Below, one piece after another: positions 53,947-61,905 of a DNA stretch of 64,000 nt. The first letter of the stretch is position 1. Each line of letters opens with the position of its first letter. Source of the DNA: Ferruginibacter sp. (lineage in GTDB: Bacteria; Bacteroidota; Bacteroidia; Chitinophagales; Chitinophagaceae); the NCBI GenBank assembly GCA_046596255.1, contig JBKJMZ010000013.1, positions 263 to 64,262 on the forward strand, given 5' to 3'. The notes beneath the pieces were generated by a model. It did not search any database. It worked only from the letters and a program-made list of their open reading frames with translations, and was not told where the DNA came from. The position numbers were made by a program, and so were the translations under genes.

Positions 53947-54852
53947 TCAGCTCCACTCTTTTTCTTCCTTTGCTTTCCTCTTGTCAACACGTGCAACAAG
54001 CTGTATGCTTATCCAGTAAAGTAATAATAAAGGAACAGCTACAATTACCTGGCTGGTAATATCAGGTGAAGGTGTAATAATGGCTGATACGAGAAGGATC
54101 ACTACAAATGCATATTTAGAGTATTTTCTTAATAAGCGGGCATTTACCAAACCTATCTTTCCTAACACAAAGGCCAGTATTGGCAATTCAAAAGCGATAC
54201 CGCATCCTAAAATTAAATTGGTCAGTGTATCTATATAATCATTGATACTGGGTTTATATTGAATGTCGCCGCCTGTACCCAGGGTAAATGAGGCTAAAAA
54301 ATTAAAGGTAAAGGGCGCCAGTAAATAATAACCAAAAGCAGCACCTATAAAAAAGCAGAGGGAAACCCAGAAGATGCTGCCCCTGGCATATCTTTTTTCT
54401 TTGGGTGATAGGGCGGGCTTAATGAATCGCCATAGTTCCCAGAATATATAGGGAAAAGCAATGATCACCGCCCCGATCATGGCAATTGTAAGGGCCGAGG
54501 TAAAAGTGCCGTTTACCTGGGTAACCAGGAATTCGATCTTTACCGGTGGCATGCATAAACTGTTGCCAATACCCAGCCATTGACCAAAATCGCATAAAGC
54601 TGTATAAGTAACAAAATCTATGCTTGTGGGGGCCAGGATAATATTATCGTAAACCCAGTTCCTGAAAACAAAAATAATAATGGCAGCAGCCAGCCATACA
54701 ATTACCGACCGCATCAGGTGCCAGCGTAGTGCTTCAAGATGACCCATAAAGGACATCTCTTCCGGCTCGGGCTCATTTTTGTTCCGAAGCCGCTTAAAAA
54801 ATTGTTTTCTATCTGATGATTCTGTTGACAATGAGTATGATTTGGTTAGCAA
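53947..54852 (-). CDS. tatC: Twin-arginine translocase subunit TatC
   Basis: MSFMGHLEALRWHL, six hydrophobic segments and a typical TatC length. The start is uncertain, either the TTG at 54852 or the ATG at 54756. Confidence 0.9.
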   Translation of the reverse strand: MLTKSYSLSTESSDRKQFFKRLRNKNEPEPEEMSFMGHLEALRWHLMRSVIVWLAAAIIIFVFRNWVYDNIILAPTSIDFVTYTALCDFGQWLGIGNSLCMPPVKIEFLVTQVNGTFTSALTIAMIGAVIIAFPYIFWELWRFIKPALSPKEKRYARGSIFWVSLCFFIGAAFGYYLLAPFTFNFLASFTLGTGGDIQYKPSINDYIDTLTNLILGCGIAFELPILAFVLGKIGLVNARLLRKYSKYAFVVILLVSAIITPSPDITSQVIVAVPLLLLYWISIQLVARVDKRKAKEEKEWS

Positions 54853-55226
54853 AGGTAATTAAGCAGCAGTAATAAAAGTAACCGAAAAAGAGAAGCCCCT
54901 GTAGAAACAGGGGCCGTTACCAAAACTAACTGCTTATGAGAAAATTTGAATTGTCGTTGTTATAAATACATATACGCAAATGTGGTGCCAAAAGTTTTCT
55001 TCAGGATGTTAAGTCTTTCTTAAGACGCCCGCTGGCATTCCTCTACTTAAAATATTAACGAATAAAGAACTGTTTTAGTTTGGGTATTTTCGATTTTCAT
55101 ATGAAAAAAGCCACTTTAATACGATTCCAAAAGTAATAGACCCGGCCCAGAAGCGGGAGTTTAATTCCACAAAAAAGCACAGTGTAGAATTCACTGTGCT
55201 TTAACAAATACTATTTCATTTTATAG

Positions 55227-55853
55227 CTATTTTATAAATCCTTTAATCATATCCATTAATCCGCCACCGCCATTCCTTTCCTGCTGTTTTTGTGCGCCAC
55301 CTGCTAATTTGGAAACAATATCCATTAATCCGCCGCCCGCTTGTTTGCCATCACCCGAGAACTGGCTAAGAATATCCTTGAAATTAAACCCACTATTACC
55401 CTTGCTTTGTTCTTCCTGTACAAGTTCATCGGTTTTGCCACCGGTAATTGACTTCAATAATTTTTCCAGAGAGAAACCATTATCAGCCGGGTCGTTGGAT
55501 TTATTGATGAGATTCCCCAGTACATTGGGGATTAAATTACTGGATACATTATTTGCCTTGTTCCCTCCCATGTTAAACTTGCTCATGAGCTTACTGGCAA
55601 AATGGCCTATCATCATACTAACCATTGGGTTGCTTAATAAACCCCCGCGATTATTTCCTCCACTGTTGGAAAACATGGAGATCACACTCTGTAACCCTCC
55701 ACCAGCAACCATATTGCGCAGGCCCGATGCTACGGTATTGGTAGCTTCCGCAACTACCTCGTTATTTTTTTCATTTGGAATGTCGGGGTTATTTATAACC
55801 GCCTCACCGGAAGAGTCCTTTACCAGGTTAAATAGTTCTTTAAGCATACTCAT
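55227..55853 (-). CDS. Hypothetical Gly/Asn/Ser-rich protein with repeated GGGLMD motif
   Basis: 208 aa. The motif GGGLMDIVSKLAGG / GGGGLMDMIKGFIK is repeated at the C-terminus. I chose this strand over the overlapping antisense ORF on residue composition. Confidence 0.55.
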   Translation of the reverse strand: MSMLKELFNLVKDSSGEAVINNPDIPNEKNNEVVAEATNTVASGLRNMVAGGGLQSVISMFSNSGGNNRGGLLSNPMVSMMIGHFASKLMSKFNMGGNKANNVSSNLIPNVLGNLINKSNDPADNGFSLEKLLKSITGGKTDELVQEEQSKGNSGFNFKDILSQFSGDGKQAGGGLMDIVSKLAGGAQKQQERNGGGGLMDMIKGFIK

Positions 55854-55918
55854 ACTATGATCGTTTTAATTAATTAAGGAAAATTAATACACTGAAAATA
55901 TGGTGCCGTAAATGAGAA

Positions 55919-56983
55919 TTAGTTTTGAGTGGTCATTTTCTCTGCGTTTTCAGCAAATTGGAGTGCATCCAGAAATTCCTGTATATCCCCGTTTAAAATG
56001 GTATCTAAATTATAAACAGTTAATCCAATACGGTGATCAGTAACCCTTCCCTGCGGAAAATTATACGTTCTTATTTTAGCGCTCCTGTCGCCCGTACTTA
56101 CCAGGCTCTTGCGCATATGTGCTGTGGCTTCTTCCACTTTTCTTACCTCTTCATCATACAGCCTGGTCCTCAGCATTTCCATTGCTTTTAAACGGTTACC
56201 CAACTGTGAACGGTCTGTCTGGCACATTACCACAATACCGGTGGGTTTATGGGTAAGAAAAACTTTGGTCTCTACTTTATTTACGTTTTGTCCACCGGCG
56301 CCACCACTACGGGCAGTTTCCATCTTCACGTCAGATTCTTTCAGGTCAACGTCCACATCCTCAGCCTCGGGCATTACGGCCACTGTTACCGCACTGGTAT
56401 GTACCCTGCCGCTGGCTTCTGTATCCGGCACACGTTGTACCCGGTGTACGCCACTTTCAAATTTTAAGACAGCATAAACATCATCACCTACAACTTCTAC
56501 CTGTACCTCTTTGTAACCACCAACAGTTCCTTCACTTTCACTGAGGATAGCCGTCTTCCAGCCCTTTCTTTCGCAATATTTTAAATACATGCGCAACAGG
56601 TCGCCTGCAAAAAGAGAGGCTTCATCGCCGCCGGTACCGGCTCTTATTTCAAGGATGGCATTTTTCTCATCATAAGGATCTTTGGGGATGAGCATATTGC
56701 GAAGCATTTTCTCCATCGCTTCTTTCTTCTCCTCCAGTTCAGGCAGTTCCTGCTTGGCAAGCATCCGCATTTCCTCATCATCGCCGTTAAGCACTTCTTT
56801 ATTGAACTCAATATCATCAAGCAGCTTAATGTATTCGTTGCGGGCGTTCACGATCTTTTCAAGGCTACGGTATTCCTTGCTGGTGGCGGTAAATTTTTTA
56901 TTGTCGCTTACGATCTCCGGGTTTGTGAGTGCCACGCCCAGGTTATCGAATCTTCCTTTTATTGCATCTAATTTGTCAAGCAT
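55919..56983 (-). CDS. prfA: Peptide chain release factor 1
   Basis: 354 aa. GGQ motif ([14 protein letters not shown]) and the RF1-type context [18 protein letters not shown]. Confidence 0.95.
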   Translation of the reverse strand: MLDKLDAIKGRFDNLGVALTNPEIVSDNKKFTATSKEYRSLEKIVNARNEYIKLLDDIEFNKEVLNGDDEEMRMLAKQELPELEEKKEAMEKMLRNMLIPKDPYDEKNAILEIRAGTGGDEASLFAGDLLRMYLKYCERKGWKTAILSESEGTVGGYKEVQVEVVGDDVYAVLKFESGVHRVQRVPDTEASGRVHTSAVTVAVMPEAEDVDVDLKESDVKMETARSGGAGGQNVNKVETKVFLTHKPTGIVVMCQTDRSQLGNRLKAMEMLRTRLYDEEVRKVEEATAHMRKSLVSTGDRSAKIRTYNFPQGRVTDHRIGLTVYNLDTILNGDIQEFLDALQFAENAEKMTTQN

Positions 56984-57243
56984 AGTGTAGCCCCTCCCGA
57001 ACTTCGTTCCTTCCCTTTTCAGGGAACCCCCAAAGGGGGAGGGTATTTATGTTTTGTTATTAATATGATTACAGGCTTTTGTACAATAATTTGACATCGT
57101 TGTGTCACTCACTTGTACTGCATACCTTTACTGAACTTTAATTGTGTTTTGTCCGTCCTTGGTCTGACAGCCTGCCCCGATCTTTCGGGGCCCTCGTCTG
57201 ACCATGCACGGGCTGCAAATTTACAATTTATCAACCAATCAAT

Positions 57244-58419
57244 TTGTACAGAAAATTTTCAGCAGATCAGCTATTTACCGGCTACGAAATGTTACAGCAA
57301 CAGGTGCTTATCACTGATGGGGTAGGAGTAATTGTAGATATTGTTGCCGAAAATGATGCGGGGGAGGATATTGAAAAAATGAATGGCATACTCAGCCCCG
57401 GGTTTACCAATGCACATTGCCACCTCGAATTATCGCATTTAAAAGGGCATATTCCAAAACATACAGGGCTCGTTGAATTTGTTTTTAAAGTGATCAATGA
57501 AAGGCACTTTGAAGAAACGGAGATATTAACTGCCATTGAAAAAGCCGAGCAGGAAATGCTGCACAACGGTACTGTGGCCGTTGGAGATATTTGTAATAAC
57601 CTGCTTACTATTCCACAAAAGATCAAAGGAAATCTTCGGTATCACAATTTTATAGAAGCAAGTGGATTTGCACCTCAGGTGGCGGAGACCAGATTTAAAA
57701 GAGCTGTTGATTTCTATACTGCGTATGCTGAACATTTTTCTTCAACATCCATTGCTCCCCATGCGCCTTATTCTGTTTCGCCGGAGTTGTTTGCCATGAT
57801 AAATGAGTTCCAGGGCAACAACCTGCTCACAATTCACAACCAGGAAACTCAATACGAAAATGAATTCTCTGAAAAAGGCACGGGTGATTTTTTGAGGCTG
57901 TATGAAAAACTTGGTGTTGATATTTCTTTTTTTAAACCTACAGGAAAAACCAGTCTACAAACCTGGCTTCCGCATTTTACAAAACAACAATCCATAATTC
58001 TTGTACATGATGTATGTACTTCGGAAGAAGACATGGTATTTACAAAACAACAAACCATAAACCACCAACAACAAACCTTTTTCTGCCTTTGTCCTAATGC
58101 CAATCTGTACATCAGCAATATGTTGCCAGATGTGCAGATGCTGATGAAATATACTGATGATATTGTTTTGGGGACTGATAGTCTTGCATCCAATGACCAG
58201 TTAAGTATACTGGAAGAAATGAAAACACTGCAAGCAAATTTTAAACAACTTGAACTGTCTACCTTACTGAAATGGGCTACCAGCAATGCTGCTAAGGCAT
58301 TGCGGATGTATGATAAGCTGGGTAGTTTTGAAAAAGGGAAAATGCCCGGGGTGGTTTTGATAGACGGAATACGAGGTCTACAGATGGATAAAAATTGTTC
58401 AGTTAGGCGGATATTATAA
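57244..58419 (+). CDS. Amidohydrolase-superfamily protein (chlorohydrolase/deaminase-like)
   Basis: 391 aa. Metal-binding HCHLELSH and later HAPYS/HD contexts. TTG start at 57244, so the start is uncertain. Confidence 0.78.
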   Translation: MYRKFSADQLFTGYEMLQQQVLITDGVGVIVDIVAENDAGEDIEKMNGILSPGFTNAHCHLELSHLKGHIPKHTGLVEFVFKVINERHFEETEILTAIEKAEQEMLHNGTVAVGDICNNLLTIPQKIKGNLRYHNFIEASGFAPQVAETRFKRAVDFYTAYAEHFSSTSIAPHAPYSVSPELFAMINEFQGNNLLTIHNQETQYENEFSEKGTGDFLRLYEKLGVDISFFKPTGKTSLQTWLPHFTKQQSIILVHDVCTSEEDMVFTKQQTINHQQQTFFCLCPNANLYISNMLPDVQMLMKYTDDIVLGTDSLASNDQLSILEEMKTLQANFKQLELSTLLKWATSNAAKALRMYDKLGSFEKGKMPGVVLIDGIRGLQMDKNCSVRRIL

Positions 58420-58477
58420 CGTTTGTATGGTCCCGTTGGCTTGCAGCCTTCAGGCCCGCTGAACGCCTTCAGGCCCG

Positions 58478-59209
58478 CTACAATACTTCGTGTAATACCA
58501 TCAGCGTTTTCATCTTCCCAAAATCCTGGATATGCAAGGCATAGTATTCCAGGTACCTCAATAATAAGAGCCGCCTTATTTCCTGGTTCAGTTTAAATTC
58601 TTCCAGCTCGTGAGGCTGCATTACTTTTAATAGCTGTGCGGTAAGTTCTGCATTTTTCCCGTCAATAAAATAAGGGTGTGTGGGTTGATGATCGATAAAG
58701 CTTCCTTCCTGCAGGTCAAGTACATTATTATCGCTGCTGTAATTATCCGTCATCCTGAAACCAAAGAAATGAGTAAGGTGCAGGGTAAAGAATAAAGCAA
58801 AATTGGCTGCAACAATCTTTTCTGACCGATCTAATTCTAAAAACGATTCTTCACAGAAAGAAAAAAGATGAGGATTGGGCTCGGGTTGCTTCAAACATTT
58901 TTGCAGCAGCTCGGCCATAAAGGAAGCAATGCTGTTCCTGATCACATCACTCAGCAGCCTTTCATAAATGTTGGCCCAGGAGAATTCTTTGATGCGCTGC
59001 ATGCTTTTGTGCTCGCTGTGGTAAACCACCAGGTCAAGGATGGCACACGGTTGAAAAAGGTTTGCTTTAAAAGCTGACTTTTTGGAAGTTCTCACCCCAT
59101 TCACCATATAGGTTTGTATGCCGAACATTTCGGTATATATGGTTACTACCAGGCTACTCTCGCCATATTTAATACTTCGTAATACAATGCCCTTTGTTTT
59201 GTGAGTCAT
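58478..59209 (-). CDS. recO: DNA repair protein RecO
   Basis: 243 aa. N-terminal OB-fold pattern (TKGIVLRSIKYGESSLVVTIYTE.FG.Q.YMVNGVR), typical of Bacteroidota RecO. Confidence 0.85.
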   Translation of the reverse strand: MTHKTKGIVLRSIKYGESSLVVTIYTEMFGIQTYMVNGVRTSKKSAFKANLFQPCAILDLVVYHSEHKSMQRIKEFSWANIYERLLSDVIRNSIASFMAELLQKCLKQPEPNPHLFSFCEESFLELDRSEKIVAANFALFFTLHLTHFFGFRMTDNYSSDNNVLDLQEGSFIDHQPTHPYFIDGKNAELTAQLLKVMQPHELEEFKLNQEIRRLLLLRYLEYYALHIQDFGKMKTLMVLHEVL

Positions 59210-59217
59210 GATTGGAA

Positions 59218-59261
59218 CGTTAATCCGTTAATCCGTTAATCCGTTAATCCGTTAATCCGTT
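59218..59261. repeat. Tandem octamer repeat (CGTTAATC x5 plus a partial copy)
   Basis: Five perfect head-to-tail copies at 59218-59257, then CGTT. Inverted copies (ACGGATTAAC at 59310-59319, TTAACGGATTAACG at 59323-59336) lie about 50 bp downstream. The array starts 9 bp from the recO start codon. Confidence 0.9.
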
Positions 59262-59413
59262 GTGGCCTCTTAGAATATTTTGTTAACCTGCATAATCAGT
59301 AATGTATTTACGGATTAACCAATTAACGGATTAACGTTTAACGAATTTAGCGGTAAATAGATTTCCTTTGCACAGTCATTCATTATTCCTTACTTAATTC
59401 TACATTTAAAAAT

Positions 59414-61768
59414 ATGTGGCAGGGATTAGCAAAATTTGTACTTAAGTTCAGGGTGCCCTTACTCATCGTTTTATTAGTGATCACAGTGGTCATGGGTTTT
59501 TATGCATCAAAGGTTAAGCTGAGCTATGAATTCTCTAAAGCCATACCAACCGATAATCCTAAGTACAAAGAATATGTGGCATTTAAGGAGAAATTTGGAG
59601 ATGATGGCAACCTCCTGGTCGCAGGTATTGAAACAGACAGCCTGTTTACCCTTTCTTATTTTAATACTTACAAAGAGCTCCACGGGCAATTAAAAAAAAT
59701 TGAACATGTTGAAGATGTGCTGAGCATTCCTTCAGCAGTTGACCTGTATAAAGATTCAGCTTCGGAAAAACTGGTGGCAAAGAAAATATTTCCTGATACC
59801 CTAAATACCCAGGCGGCCTTAGACAGCGCGGTGAACCATTTTTACAATCTTCCTTTTTACAGAAGCCTGCTGTATAACCCCGAGACAAAAGCGTACCTCA
59901 TAGCAGTACGCATCAATAAGTCGATACTAAATTCCAAAGGAAGAACTGGAGTTATCAATAATATCAATACAGCCGTAAAACGTTTTGAAGATAAAACCGG
60001 AACATCAGTAAGGGTTAGCGGTTTACCCTTAATAAGAACAGTGGTTTCAGACAGGATACAATATGAAATGAAATATTTTTTATTCGGTTCATTGTTATTA
60101 AGCACATTGATACTTTTACTTTTTTTCAGGTCGCTAAGTACAACCCTGCTTTCACTGCTGGTGGTTGTTTTAGGAGTTATATGGAGCGTTGGTACATTAT
60201 ATTTATGCGGTTACCAGGTTACTTTGCTCACTGCATTAATTCCATGTCTTGTTGTTGTAATAGGCATACCCAACTGCATTTACTTTATTAATAAATACCA
60301 TAGTGCATATATAGCGCATGGCGATAAGCATAGATCTCTGGTGGAGATGGTAAGCAAGATGGGCGTTGTAACCCTGTTCTGTAATTTAACTGCTGCCATC
60401 GGCTTTGCGGTTTTTGCTTTAACGAGAAGTGCTATCCTGAAAGAGTTTGGTATTGTGGCGGGGATCAGTATCATGATCATTTTTGTGATCTCCTTTATTT
60501 TATTGCCGGCCGCTTTAAGTTATTTACCTGCACCAAAAGCCTCTCAAACAAAATACCTGAATAGTAAGTGGATCAATAATTTTTTAATGCACATTGAAAG
60601 ATGGGTGTTGCATCATAAAAGAGCAGTGTACATCATTACTGCCGTTGTATTGATCTTTGCAGTGGCAGGTATTTTTAAATTGAAAAGTGTTTCCTTTATA
60701 GTTGATGACCTGCCTGAAACAGATAAAGTGTACACGGATCTTAAATTCTTTGAAAAACACTTTCATGGTGTGATGCCGCTGGAAATTGTTGTGGACACCA
60801 AAAAAAGAAATGGCCTTGCCGGTATGAGGGCCCTGGCGGTGTTTGAGAAAGTAGATTCATTGTCAGCATACATCACTGCTCAAAAGGAAATGAGCCGTCC
60901 CTTAAGTGTTGCCGAGGGTTTAAAATTTGCCAAGCAGGCTTTTTTTGAAGGCGATTCTGCCAATTACCTGCTGCCAAATAGTTTTGATGGCGCTTTTGTA
61001 GGGGAATACCTTCGGCCGAATAAAAGTGACAGCGGCAATAATAATAACCTTTCCAAAATGATGGCCAGTTTTATAGATACAACCAGGCAAAGCACCCGTA
61101 TCAGTATCAATATGGCTGATGTTGGAACTGAAAGATTGCCTGTTTTATTAGATGGTATCCAGCAAAAAGCAAACGAGATATTTGATACTGCTTCTTACAA
61201 GATTCAACTTACCGGCACCAGCATTACTTTTTTAGAAGGAAGCCGGTTTATTGTAAATGGGTTAAAGGAGAGCATATTCTGGGCGTTCATTTTAATAGCA
61301 GTTTGCATGCTTTATTTGTTCAGATCTTTCCGTATATTATTATGTTCTCTTATACCCAATCTTATTCCCCTTGTTATTACGGCAGGTATTATGGGTTGGG
61401 TTGGCGTGCCATTAAAGCCATCAACCGTTTTGGTTTTTAGTGTTGCCCTGGGGATCGCTGTAGATATTACCATCCGGTTCCTGGTAAACTATAAACAGGA
61501 ACTACCTGTTTATAATAATCATGTGATGGATACCATAAGTGCTACCATTAAAAACACGGGGTTAAGTATTGTTTACACAGCGCTTGTGTTGATCGCAGGG
61601 TTTGTAATTTTTTGTGTAAGCAGTTTTGGCGGAACACAAGCCTTAGGCTGGCTCACATCAATTACTTTATTGGTTGCTACAATAACTAACCTTGTTTTGC
61701 TTCCTGTTTTATTGTTGATGTTTGCTCCGGCAAAACCCGAAAAGAAAAACAAAACAGAACGGTTGTAA
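59414..61768 (+). CDS. RND-superfamily / MMPL-type transporter
   Basis: 784 aa. Two blocks of about six TM helices, each preceded by a large extracytoplasmic loop. This is the RND/SSD-like topology. Confidence 0.82.
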   Translation: MWQGLAKFVLKFRVPLLIVLLVITVVMGFYASKVKLSYEFSKAIPTDNPKYKEYVAFKEKFGDDGNLLVAGIETDSLFTLSYFNTYKELHGQLKKIEHVEDVLSIPSAVDLYKDSASEKLVAKKIFPDTLNTQAALDSAVNHFYNLPFYRSLLYNPETKAYLIAVRINKSILNSKGRTGVINNINTAVKRFEDKTGTSVRVSGLPLIRTVVSDRIQYEMKYFLFGSLLLSTLILLLFFRSLSTTLLSLLVVVLGVIWSVGTLYLCGYQVTLLTALIPCLVVVIGIPNCIYFINKYHSAYIAHGDKHRSLVEMVSKMGVVTLFCNLTAAIGFAVFALTRSAILKEFGIVAGISIMIIFVISFILLPAALSYLPAPKASQTKYLNSKWINNFLMHIERWVLHHKRAVYIITAVVLIFAVAGIFKLKSVSFIVDDLPETDKVYTDLKFFEKHFHGVMPLEIVVDTKKRNGLAGMRALAVFEKVDSLSAYITAQKEMSRPLSVAEGLKFAKQAFFEGDSANYLLPNSFDGAFVGEYLRPNKSDSGNNNNLSKMMASFIDTTRQSTRISINMADVGTERLPVLLDGIQQKANEIFDTASYKIQLTGTSITFLEGSRFIVNGLKESIFWAFILIAVCMLYLFRSFRILLCSLIPNLIPLVITAGIMGWVGVPLKPSTVLVFSVALGIAVDITIRFLVNYKQELPVYNNHVMDTISATIKNTGLSIVYTALVLIAGFVIFCVSSFGGTQALGWLTSITLLVATITNLVLLPVLLLMFAPAKPEKKNKTERL

Positions 61769-61905
61769 AAAATATAACATCTTAAAGATTATAAATGTTA
61801 GAAATTTATTGCGGGCAATTAGAGGAATAAAAGCAGCAAAAAGGTCAAAGTATTTGAGAATTACAGGGATTGTATTATATATTTGTCCACATAAACTATT
61901 AGTAA

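Noticed and set aside
55309-55860. A 183-aa plus-strand ORF overlapping almost the whole of the minus-strand gene 55227-55853.
   Set aside because: Its translation is Pro/Leu/Ser-rich with no start context or motif. The minus-strand product has a repeated GGGLMD motif and a plausible composition. The coding strand still deserves experimental confirmation.
59218-59343. The tandem repeat considered as a CRISPR array.
   Set aside because: The unit is only 8 bp with no spacers, and no cas genes are present. It is a microsatellite-type tandem repeat.
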